From: Chlorokybus atmophyticus
Lineage: Eukaryota > Plantae > Mesostigma and Chlorokybus algae
DNA length: 64,000 bases
Reading direction: 5' to 3'
Assembly (NCBI GenBank): GCA_009103225.1
Contig: RHPI01000560.1
Location: 726,524-790,523, forward strand
Below, in pieces: positions 38,030 through 52,100 of this stretch. A program made the translations under genes and the position numbers. Below the pieces are notes generated by a model, which was not told the origin of the DNA, did not search any database, and worked only from the letters and a program-made list of their open reading frames with translations. Positions within the stretch are counted from its first letter, which is position 1. Every line of letters starts with the position of its first letter.

Positions 38030-40995
38030 ATGGACAATGGGTCAGTGCTGATTGCTATGACGGGAGTTAAGTCGCAGCTGTCTGTGCACGGAATTTGCTC
38101 TCTACTCGGGAGTGAACTGCCCAGAGGGTTTCTTTGTCTGCTTGTAAGAGAATGTTTGCGCAGGTGTGCATATGTACATGATTGCGTGTCAAGAACTGAA
38201 AGTTGTACTCTAAAGATATGGTGGACGCTGTTTGTAATTGGGCGCACTGTGTCTAGCATGCAGCGCTATGCTTGCCTGGCCAAGCCGCGGACAATGTGGC
38301 ATTGTTCAGCTGCATGCATGTAGTTCATGTGCATGCCTCTGTGATTTGCACTCCAGCAGCATGTAGTTCAAGTGCATGTTGTTTTGATTGGCATTCCAGC
38401 AGTGTGAGTACTGACACGTTCATTGCAGAGTTGAGCTGGGGCCTGTGATGAGCACTCCCTCGCCTGTTAATGATTACGAGGATGATGAAGCTCTTGAAGC
38501 AGAGGAGGCTACACCCTCGATGGCAGGGAAGTCCAGGTACCTTTGCGCGTACACCTGTTGCTGCGTTTGTTGCTATCTTACAATGCGCTATGCTCTGTGT
38601 TGCTACATGCCTGCTTAAGTCGTGATGTGCAGACAGTGTCACGCACAAGACATGCATGAGATCATGACGCTATGTGTCTTATGCAAGCACGCTCTATGTG
38701 TCAAGTATTCTTGTGTGGGTCACGCACATAGTTCACATACCCTAACCGTGCATGGTTGTCTCGCTCTGCAGGTCTGAGCTTTTGGATGCCGTGAGAGTGT
38801 ACTCAGAGAACTTGCTGGAGCCGGTATCAAGTGGTTCGGCGGCTTTCGCAGCAGCCACGGGCGACAAGAATGGTGGGTTGTCTTTCTGGCGGGAGACCTT
38901 CGAGGGGCTGTTCCTGGATGCCACTCCTCACTTGGACGCGCCCAAACAGCAGGACGACATGCTGTTCTTTGTGCGCCAGAAGGTGGGGTTGTGAAGGCAT
39001 GAAAGCACACCTTGTCAGGCTGTAGCTCAATCATGCTATGCGTGCTTTGCGGTGGCTGGTCATCAGTGTATGCAGTTGTATGTGTGTGCAGAAGGATGAT
39101 GAAGGCCAGGCCCCGTTCTTCGTGCGACGTTGGACGCCGCAGGTACCTGTGCGTATCAACACCGACCTTCACACCCCTCTTTGGTTGACTGTGTTGGGTA
39201 TTCGGTAGCCCGTGTTGCGGCATTGTGCTCAAAGCGCCTCTACTTGCTGCTTTTGTGCTTGTCCGTTTGTAACTCAATCTGCATGTCTGTGAGAGAGCTT
39301 GGCTCATTGCTTACATGCTACTTCTTTGCAGCTTCCAAAGATTATTGCAGCAGATGTCGGCAATGGGTTTGCCGAGAAGGCAGCGTCTGTGGATTGGAGG
39401 CGATCCGTGTACCTCAATCTCATCGCTCACACGTCATACGCGTTGACTGTCGCAGTTTGCAGGTATGGCCACCTCTACTTGCGTGGCGCCAGGTCAAGAC
39501 CATGCATCGCACACTGAGCGACGTGTGTTGTTTACAGCAAGGCGGCACTTGATGAACGGCGAAGGTCTGGAGCAACCGGGCTGGCTACCTCACTTATGAA
39601 GGTATGGGTGCAGTCAGCAGCAAGAATACGCTGTGTCTCCATGCTACCTCATGTTGTCAAGCATGCGAGGCCGTGAGTTTGGTAGGCAGCTATGCTAGTT
39701 GCTTCATGAGTGCGACGTACAACGTGTGCAGTGAGAAATTCATGCGGGACTCTCGAGACCGTGGCAAGCAGTTGCATTGCCTCATCGATATGTTTTCCGT
39801 CCTACATGACGGTGTGCAAGTGTGCTCCAGGTCACAAAAGTTGTGTATGCATCACCCAGCAGACTGAGAGTGAACATGCAAAGTTCTAAGGTGGGGTTGC
39901 AAGCATCATGCCTTGCCTCGGTGCAATTGCAAGCACAGTGATGATATCATTGTGTGTGGCAGACAGAGAAGCAAGTGCCAGCTTACCCTGACTGCTGCTT
40001 TTCCGTCTTTGACTATGAGATGGCATTTGAGAATGTGGTAAGCAGCTGCTTTGGGCTGCCTCAGCTTGCAGCTGTAGCACTGCTTGCTGCATCAAGGTAA
40101 CAACACCACTACATGTGCGCAGGTGGTGTCGGAACCAGACCATTGTTTGTGCGTGATACTGAGTGCGCGGGGAGGTGCTGCTCTGAGCGACAGGTCGCCA
40201 TCATCGAGTGCCACAACTCCTGTTCAAACACCAGACTCGGCCAGGACGCCTTCTTCCAGCGGCCACTCGGTATGTCGTGTTGTCGTGCATCAATGACGCA
40301 TTGCAGCTTACTTGGCTGCCATTATAGGTCACACTTTTCTCAGGTTTCGTGACCTATGACAAGTTGCGTGAGGCTTTCCAAGGTGGGTAATGGCATCTGC
40401 ATGCACGTGCGTGCGCGGGTGCGTGCAGTCATGGCAGTCATAAACTAGATTTTGGTTGCAGGTGGACGCACTAGGCTATCAACATTGCTGAGTAAAAAGG
40501 CTTCTTCTGAAAGGGTACTCATGAGAGGCCCTGGCGGTAGAGGGGAGGCGGAGGTGGCTGTCACTGGCGTTGGCACAGGTGAGGTTGAGTCCAAGCTGAT
40601 CAGTCGCATGATATCGTGTTGTACAACTATCACAAAGGCGTGATAGGTGTTGACATGCACTCAATGTGTGTCAGCTGACCTGTCACCGCCTCCTGATGAC
40701 TCTCCGGAGAACAGTCCCGTATCCAGCTTCACAGGCAAGGCATTGTTCAAACAAGAAGAGCCGCAGCCGCAGCCACAGCCGGCGGCTTCCAGCCAACAAC
40801 AGGGGTGGGGAAAGAGGTTTGAGGGAGCGTTCAACATGTTGAGTCTTGCTGCTCAGAACACGGCGAGAGCAATGACAGCGGCTGCACAACCGCTCGTGAA
40901 CAGTGGCAACGACATGATTGTGCCGCGACTGCAGTGTTGCCTCATGTCGGTGACTTTGCCCTGGCAGTCATTGGCACACGATCTGCTACTCAAGG
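38030..40995 (+). CDS. KIAA0930-like uncharacterized conserved protein, multi-exon (C-terminal end unresolved)
   Basis: FWRETFEGLF...DDMLFFVR; VDWRRSVYLNLIAHTSYALTVAVC; VYASPSR; GFVTYDKLREAF; MRGPGGRGEAEVAV; LMSVTLPWQSLAHDLL. Confidence 0.82.
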
Positions 40996-42734
40996 TGTGT
41001 GCACACGCATCTGCTTGCGCTACGTGTGCTCTCTTGCCCCNCCCCCCGCCGCCTGTTGCATGGCTGGCAGTCATGTCATCGTGAAACTGAACAACAGTGG
41101 CATATCTGCAGACACCAGTGCCGCTGCCGGTTGAAGCATCATAGCGTTAGCGCCTAATTTCACACAAGTGTACAGTGGAAGTGTATACGCGCCTGCAGCA
41201 CGCTTACAATAGGTTGCAGTTTACATGCACAGGCAATGAACCTTAGGAGAATGCTTGTTGCTGCGCGGCCATAGCCTGGCTGAATGTTTGCATGTCGGCA
41301 TAGCTTTTGGCTTACCTGAAGGCAAAAGCAATGGTAATTATAGCCCAGCACACCAATGGTCACGACATATACTTGTCACACCAGATGCGCGCCCTAACCT
41401 CTTCACAATTATAAGATCAGCGTGTATAAACAGTGTTGCTTTGCAGCTACAGCAACCAAATATCTTTCATCTGCGGCTAGCATGCCGTTTACTGCAATGA
41501 TTCAAAAACGGGCACAGCCATTCCAAACAGAGCACCCATATCGGCTGCGGCAGTGTAGTTGTGTAGGCGTGCTTGCATGCTGCTGGCATGCGTGTGAGTG
41601 TGCTTGTGCAGTGATAGGCAGAGATGACAGTACATAGCTTGGTGTGACGATGTAATAGGCATGGATGACAGTACGTAGCTATGTGTGACGATGTTGCTGT
41701 ACTAGTAATGATGTGGGACCCATATACGATCAAATTGCTTATGTACATGTAAGTGCGGTAGAAGGGTTGTGTACAAACAATACAACAGGAGTCTAATGTG
41801 CGCTCAGTGCATGGTGTTACTCAGAAATGCAATACCACAAGCTATCGCCCTATGCAAAGTCAGCTCTTTGCACTGCCAATGCGCTGGTGTGTAAACCAGG
41901 AAGCGTCTGATCAATCCATCTCTGTTCCGCATGCAATGTCTTGGCGGACAAAGGCGTGGCGCTTGTACTGTTTGTGCTCAGCAATTGTGAGTGAGATGGT
42001 GCATTTGTGAGGCCGGTGCTTCATAAGCCTGCGAGTGTAAGCTGATCTAAATGCCGTGGTTGGCACATCATTAGGCTACAAGCGGCATAATGGTCTACTT
42101 CATTCAATGCAGCCACACAGGAAATCGTATGCTGAACGACCCGGATGTACACACAATGGATTTGCTGCAAACTTCCATTTTGCTGTCAGGGGTATGATGC
42201 ACACAGCAGTCACCGTCAACGGCTCATACAAGAATGATATACGTATATAGAATATCACATTATAAGAAAGCACTCTGAGAAACGTTCTGTACACATCATT
42301 CAGAGACAATCAAGACTGAATACTATCTGTGTGAGAGTTGCAGTACTATCATCTTGTATGAGACACTCAGTAATGCCTACCCAGTCCATGACAGTAAAAT
42401 CTGTACGCGTGCATCAGAAGAATACCACACAAATCAAACCAGCAACAACACAGCAACACTCATTTACAAATTGAGATACACCCACACAGCTAGAAACCAC
42501 CTGTACAAATGTCCTGGCTACGGACGGACACAGAATTACTATCCCAAACTCACATCACGCGCACACGCTGGCACATTGCCAGCATTAGACAGCCCTCTAC
42601 AATGCCTTCAGGGACGGAGAAGAGCAAGATAGACACCAAATACCCACTCTGCGCAGCAACATACTTGTTAGCACAAAATGCAACCAAAAGGTGTGAATGA
42701 CATTTGCTACATACCCACTGTCACATAACGAGTT

Positions 42735-44205
42735 CTACTCACATGACGATGCAGGAGGATGCTTGAAGGGCGCTTTGGTACAACCATCTCCCGTCCCATA
42801 ACCTACGCCATTGGGCAACCACAGTTCAATCCTGTCAAGATCACACCGCTCCAGAAGTTGTAGCCGATCAGTTTCCTTCTTGGTGACGCTACGCCCACAG
42901 AGGACAAGCAGAAGCCGCCTGCCTTGTAAAGCTCTTACGGAAGGGGCACCTTCCTTCAACATGATTCTAAAAACAACCCACAGTTCAAGAGAATATAACA
43001 GTCAGATCTCAAAATAAAGAATGCTCATTCACCTGAGTTTGACAAGCTTTCCGTGCAATTCTTTGGCATCTTCGCTCGTTACGACATTCTTGGCTTCGAT
43101 GATAGCAGCTGCGCCGTCAGCTATTACGACACCGTCGATCTGGACAGATAACTAACAAAACACAGTCAGATATTCAGACAACGACAACAAACATGCTGCA
43201 AAATTACCTTGCCGTCTTTACTTGTAAAGACCCGTTGACAAAGCCGCTGAGGGTTTTGATAGCCGAGTCCATCGAGCCATGCTATGCCATGTTCGGCAAC
43301 CTCGTCTTCTTGCCAATGAGCCATATTCTCGATGAATCCTTCATGAGTCTTCACCTACGTGAAGAAACAAAGTTTGTACAACAATGCAACTTACACACTT
43401 GTATACCATCAATTCTCTTACTGTGGCGTGTAGAGGCGTCTCATCTGGTCGGACCAAAACATACCGACCACCGTCTTTGAGCTGCAAGTGCTCAAATGCC
43501 AAGCACTTGATACCATTCTTACTCTCAAGAACTGTGGAATACTCAGCAACGGCAATACCGCCGCTATCTTTGACAGCTCTTTGCAGCTGCACATGAATGA
43601 AAAGCACGAATCACTTGCGTTGCAGCATAACAAGGTTTGCAAGGAAAACACGTCTCTCAGAACGATGTCTTACTGCGCTTTTTGTTACGAACTCATATAT
43701 GACACGCTTCCACTCATCTGGGTCTTTGTCAGCATGCGGAAAAATCAGCTCCACGTTTAGAAACCTTTGCTGACCATACTTGCGTAAAGGAGGCTTCCTG
43801 CGGGTGAGATGACGAACAACTCAGCACAGAGAGACAAACAAAATCAGACAAACAGGCGTCTCATGTTTACCTCTTCCCATCATCATCGATCGACGCAGAT
43901 GAGGTGGTTGCCATGGCGACTGCCGTCCGCGAGACGGCAGCTTTGTTCCCAAGTTTGCCAGCCGCCCGTTGCGTTGGCGCAGTTTCCTTGTGACCTGTAG
44001 ACAACGAAGAACACAATATGAGACACATCACCGTAGCCATCAACAACATGCTTGCCAACCATCAGACCAGCAAACACCCCCCAAACATACCTGCTGAGGA
44101 TGGCGCGAGGTCTCCTGGGAAAGCAGACGATCCAATTGAACGCAACATGACTCGCCAGTTGTCCTGACGGGTGGCTACGCGCTGGAAAGCAGCCAGGGCC
44201 GCCAT
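42735..44205 (-). CDS. Intact 346-aa PD-(D/E)xK (restriction-endonuclease-fold) family protein with putative organellar transit peptide
   Basis: Seven exons: 44205-44091, 43994-43871, 43797-43674, 43586-43395, 43354-43208, 43139-43033, 42966-42735. All introns GT-AG, phases match, no stops. Motifs QEDE...GKIDGVV...IIEAK...DAKELHGKL...LLLVLCG...LPNGVGY. Confidence 0.8.
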
Positions 44206-44637
44206 CTGTATATGCACATGCGCACTGAAAAGTCAGTGCACAGAAACAAATCGCTAACTTCATGAAAAACTCTCGCGTACACACAACCAGCATGATCGGC
44301 ACACAATTCAACACATAGAAGCATCACAAGCAACACCATATGTAACGGCGTTTGGTTGGGTTGCAGGGCAGGCACATACAGACACATGCGCCGACACAAG
44401 CACATGCTGACGTGAAGACACATGCACCTTGACTCTGCAGAGCCGGCTCAAGCAACGGTGCCGGTGACCAACCACTGCGTGCCGCCTTGCACGTCCCGGC
44501 TGCCGCTGCACAACCAGCTACCGCCATCTTTAACTCCGTGGGACGCATGTTTGACAGACCGGATGTGCGCGGCAGACGTCACTACAGTCGGGACGCTAAT
44601 GGGGAAAACCTTATGCCGGCTGTCTACGCTTGCAGTA

Positions 44638-47600
44638 GGGTAAGACTGGTATATTTCGGACACCTAATTAAGGATAGGTTTTGTACTATGTTATACCTAT
44701 CTGAAGGTGTTAGGTGATAGATCATTGGATAGCCCTTGGCGCGTACTGCTTGACACCGTTGATGGCATATCTTTAGGGTTAGTATTGTGCTGTCAGCGGT
44801 CAGTCAAGTAGACAGGTGTCAGCGAGTGGTCTCAAAACCCTATTTTCTTAATTTCGGACGGCTGAAAATGGCTGCTTTTCAGCCTGCTGTGGCGGTGTGC
44901 TGGCGTCTGACAGGCCTTAGCCTGTGCTGACGTGTTGCCCTTGCCTAGTGGCGCCCGTGACGTGCCCTTCAACCTTGCTGCCATCGCCGCAGAGGCTGGT
45001 GGCAAAGTTGTTGTTGTTGTTGGTTGTCCGAACCTAGGCGAGGTAGTGGGCGCCTGCTGCCTGGTGCGCCTTCCTAGTCGTCTTGTGGCGCCGAGACGCT
45101 CCGTCCGCCCGTCCGGCCTCCATCATGGTGAGTCTTAGTCGGCACCTGCTTGGTGTTGTAGTTGAAACCCTAGGTGTGCCGTTTGCCTTGCTTGCCTGCA
45201 CAGCCTTGCATGCACTCTGTGCGTGCGTGATTGTTTTTGTGTGTGTTGTTGGCTTGGTGTGTGTGCGCGTTGTTCTGTCTTGCTGTGTGGTTGTTAAGTC
45301 GGGGGCTTGGGTTGTTGGCATTGCATCCAGGTGTGTGCATGTGTGTGTGTATTCTGCATAAGCATTGCATGCTGCATTGCAATATAGCATGCAACTGTGC
45401 ATATGTGCCATTCTGCATTGCGATTCAGCACTGTGCATGTGTGTGGACATTGCATGCTGGTGCTGTAGTGTTGCATTGGCACAGTGTGTTGCACATATGT
45501 ACATGGCCCTAGCTCTGTGGCCTCTCAAGAATGACTCTATCGAACCCCTTAGCAGCCAGCTTGAGGTTCAGCAATAGGCGAGCAGGAGTTGCGTTTGGGG
45601 CTGCTGCATCCGCAACCATGGTTGCCTGGTGCATCTCAAATCTGGTGAGGGACAGGGACATGTAGCGGGCAGGTTGTGGACTTCCTGTGGGGCTTGGTTG
45701 TGGTGTCATGTTGTGCAGGGGGGCGTCCAGGTAGGCTGCATCTTGTACCTCCGTGTTCAAGTTGATAAAGCAAGGCCTGGCTCCTGCAGGTGTGTTGATG
45801 TGGGTGGGCCCTGCTCTGGTTATTGCTTCTTGCTGTGCTAACAGCTTGGCTTGCTTGGCAGCCTCCTTCTCAGCCTTGGCAGCCTCCTTGTCTGCCTTGG
45901 CGGCCTCCTTCTCAATCCTGGCGTGCTGCTTCTGCTAGGTCAGGGCCTCCCGCTGTGCAGCCTTATCCACACGCTGCGCAGCTGCCAGCGCCTTCTTGCT
46001 TGCTGCTTCAATCCTCTTCCGCGCTGCCTTCTGCTTGCGCGCCTCGCCTAATGCCTTCGTCGCTGCCAGCTCTGCCCTCTTGGCTTGCAGGGCCTTGATG
46101 TACCCTTCAGATGTGAGGCAAAGGGAGCCGTGAATCTATTGGGTTCTTGGCATTCTTCTGTTGCCACGCCGAAGGGCCAGCCTGCTGCTGCATGACTCCA
46201 AAGTTGATGTTGTTGGTAGCCCCACCAGCACCTGCAGCCCCCTGAGAAGGTGGGTCACTGTTGACGTTGATGGTGATGGTGTTGTTGTTGGTGGTGATGT
46301 TGACGTCGTTGTTGTTGACAGTGCTGGGCATCACAGGCTCTGGAGGCTGGTTCCCCTTGTCGCTGCTGCTGTCATCATCCTCTGTGGCATCAGAGTCGCC
46401 CTCCTCATCAAATGGCACAGGTACTCCTTGCCCATCCAACACTGGGCCTCCAAACTCGTGCTGTACTTGTGCATGAGCCAGGTCTGGGGTGACTTCATCC
46501 GCTGTTGGTTTGGGCAGCTGTGGCAACTTGTCGTCCAATGCATGTACATTAACAGGCCAGATCCCTGTCACAAGGGCAAGGTATGTTTACCACGCTGTGT
46601 CTTCTGCAATTAGGTCAGCAATTAGGCATGCATGGGTGCTATACCTGTCTTTTTGAACCCGCTTGTGATGTTGGCAGGTGTCATGGCTAGGTAAAAGGGC
46701 TTTGCTGTCAGCTCCACGAACTTCAGCTTGGTGATGGGGCAAGTGGGGTCTTCAACTCTCCACTTTAGGAACTCCTTCTTGTAGTGCGCCTTCAGCGACT
46801 TAAAGCAGCTCACATCCAGCACCTAAGTGTACATGGTATGTGTACATCAGCATGTGCATCTCAGCCAGCATGCATGCAAACATGCATACGCATCTCACCT
46901 GCATCAGGTGTGTCATATGGGCAGGGAATGTCAGCATAATGACACCGTTGGCCCGTGCCTTCTCTAGGAGCTCAGGATTTATACGAGAGGAATGGCCGTC
47001 AAGCAACAAAAGAACAGGCCTGTCAGGGCTGGCGCCACCAGGTATGTGTTTCAAGAATTGCTTGAACCACTCAGCAAAAACAGGTCCAACGTCATGTATG
47101 CATTTTCCTGCATGCGCATGAAGGACCCATATGGGGCAGCCTGCACATAGTTCTCTTTGAAGCGTGACCCCTTCATGATGTACATTGGAGGCATAAAGGT
47201 GCCAGCAGCGCTGACGCATGCCATTACGCCCATATGTTCTCGGTTGCCAGCTTGTTTGTAGTATGGGTTTTTGTACCCCTTCTTGCATATCACTTTCACA
47301 ATTCCTGTTATTCACAACATTGTTAGCAACTTGCAGATGGCCTCTAACAGCAACTTGTGTGCAAGTGTGAGCGCAGGTACATACCAACATTGTCTGGCTC
47401 AAAGCCAGTCTCGTCTGCATTGAAGATGCGTGTGGGATCGTCGATGCCAAGCTCCTCCAGAGTCTTTGTGTACAGGTCAAAGAAGCCCTCCACATTCTCC
47501 CTGGTGCACGCCTGCCACCTCCTTCAATCAAGACCCTCAGCTACTCTCGAGGCCAACTGGTGGCGTGTCATGAGCAATCGCAACCACTTGTAGCCAGGCA

Positions 47601-48920
47601 TGCCACTGGCACCAAACCTCTTCAGCCTCATCTTGGGGTCATCCTTCAGCATGCTGACTACCTGCTCACGCAACACCGAGGTGAGTCCAGCAGCACACTA
47701 CACACATCATACACACACAACAGTCATGCACATACAGGCCTATTGTTCACACTTGCACACACAACCTCAACAACCAAGTGACTTCACCTTCTGAAACAGG
47801 GCTGGGCGGGTAACACCAAAGTTGCTGTCCGCACACCATTTGATCCAAGTGACAAGCTCCTTCTCCTCCGCATCGCTCATCACAGGTGGCCTCCCCATAG
47901 GCACTGAAAGCTGCAGCTTCTCGAGGCAATGCACATAGTCACAAAGGGTGGACTTGGCCACACCATGGGTGGCAGCAGATACCCTAAGGCCCATCCCAGC
48001 CTTCACATCATCAACAGCCACTGCCATCTTCAACAAGAGACCCTAACCCCGTGCACCCCAGTTGACATATCGCATGCCCTTGCGCCTGGTGGTGCCTAGG
48101 CAGCTTCTGAGAGCAGCCTTACTGCACCCCCTGGCACGTTTGCCCAAGCAAGGGGCAGAGGGTGTGCTGCATGCTCTCTTGCTACCACACGTAGGAGTAG
48201 TCTCCTGCAATGCATAGCATTCAGAAATATAGCAGCCGTAGCACACAACATGTAGCGGACTTGTATGACAGCAAGCATGTCAACACCATCTCACCTCATC
48301 TTCTTGTGTGCATCCTGCTGTGCATTAACTGGCCTGCCCCTCTGGTGTGCCTCTCATGTGCACCATGAATGCACCCCTCCCTATTGCAACTAACAGACAA
48401 CCCTTCTCTCAATACACAACACATCCCCCTCATCAGTGCACACCGCCACTGCCTCACCACCACACCAACTCAACCAACACTTGCCCATACCCAACTTCAG
48501 TCTGCTGCTATCAACTGACTCACAAAACTGCCAATTTTTGCACTTGTACATTACCCGCCACAACTTTCAATGCCAAAGCTGTTAAGCAAACCCTCTTAGG
48601 GGTGTTAACTAGACAGCTCAGGCAGTCTACAGAGTTATCGAGCACCACCGTTGGCCAAGTACAACTCTATCCTTAAGGGTTCAAAGTCAAGTAAACCATG
48701 TTGCAACACTTAAAATTAAATACTTGACTGAGTGCCTTCGCGCCATTACTCAACCGATGATGGTGAAACCTAGTGGAGGCATTGCATTGGCTCACAGCTA
48801 CACGCCAGAACAACAACCACCTCATTTGGCCTTCAAATGCCGCAACTACAGCGTGGCAAATAGCCCTTAGCGCGCCCTGTCCGAAATTATGACACTGTCC
48901 GAACTAAGTCGATCTTACCC
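44638..48920 (-). mobile_element. pogo/Fot1-like (DD35D) DNA transposon, copy 2
   Basis: Imperfect 25-bp TIRs: GGGTAAGACTGGTATATTTCGGACA (44638-44662) and TGTCCGAACTAAGTCGATCTTACCC (48896-48920). TA at 44636-44637 and 48921-48922. Subterminal TGTCCGAA repeat at about 48878. Confidence 0.9.
45509..48036 (-). pseudogene. Intron-containing DD35D transposase, inactivated
   Basis: AVDDVKAGMGLRVSAATHGVAKSTL; GRPPVMSDAEEKEL; NADETG; LLDGHSSR...HLMQ/VLDVS (35 spacing); coiled-coil tail. TGA at 47524-47526, a frameshift in a T-run near 47075, and TAG at 45935-45937. Confidence 0.88.
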
Positions 48921-48999
48921 TAGATGGACGGTCGTGACGTTAACCTCCGCATTCCGTCTCCGTTGTCCTACGTTTTGTAATCTGAAGGTCGACTTGGGT

Positions 49000-51724
<2,725 letters not shown>

Positions 51725-51740
<16 letters not shown>

Positions 51741-51899
51741 TACCATAACACAACAATAAAGTTAGTAGACCTCTAAGATCTCAGGCACCGAAAGGCGAAG
51801 TTGTCGCCCTGAGATTTTGGAGGTCCAGTAACACACAACGAGTGAGGTTAATGGACCTCTAAGATCTCAGGCATCAAGGAATTGACGACCTGAGATCTT
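51725..51899. repeat. Left part of an array of about 81-bp hairpin-forming units
   Basis: Units of form CCTGAGAT(C/T)TT..AGGTC - about 26 nt - GACCT..AAGATCTCAGG - linker. Left arms at about 51725, 51808 and 51889. Confidence 0.9.
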
Positions 51900-52100
51900 T
51901 TTTTTTTTTTTTTTTTTTTTTTTCGTGAACAAAAGTATATTAATAAAGCACGTGAGTTCATAGCATACACAACTACCTGCAGGCGTCCTACAGGCACGCC
52001 TGCAGCTAAAGAGAGGATAACAGTACAGCACAGCAAGAAAGCGCAGCTGGGCTAAGCACTAGTCACGACAGACACTTGAGAGAGAACCATGGACTACACC

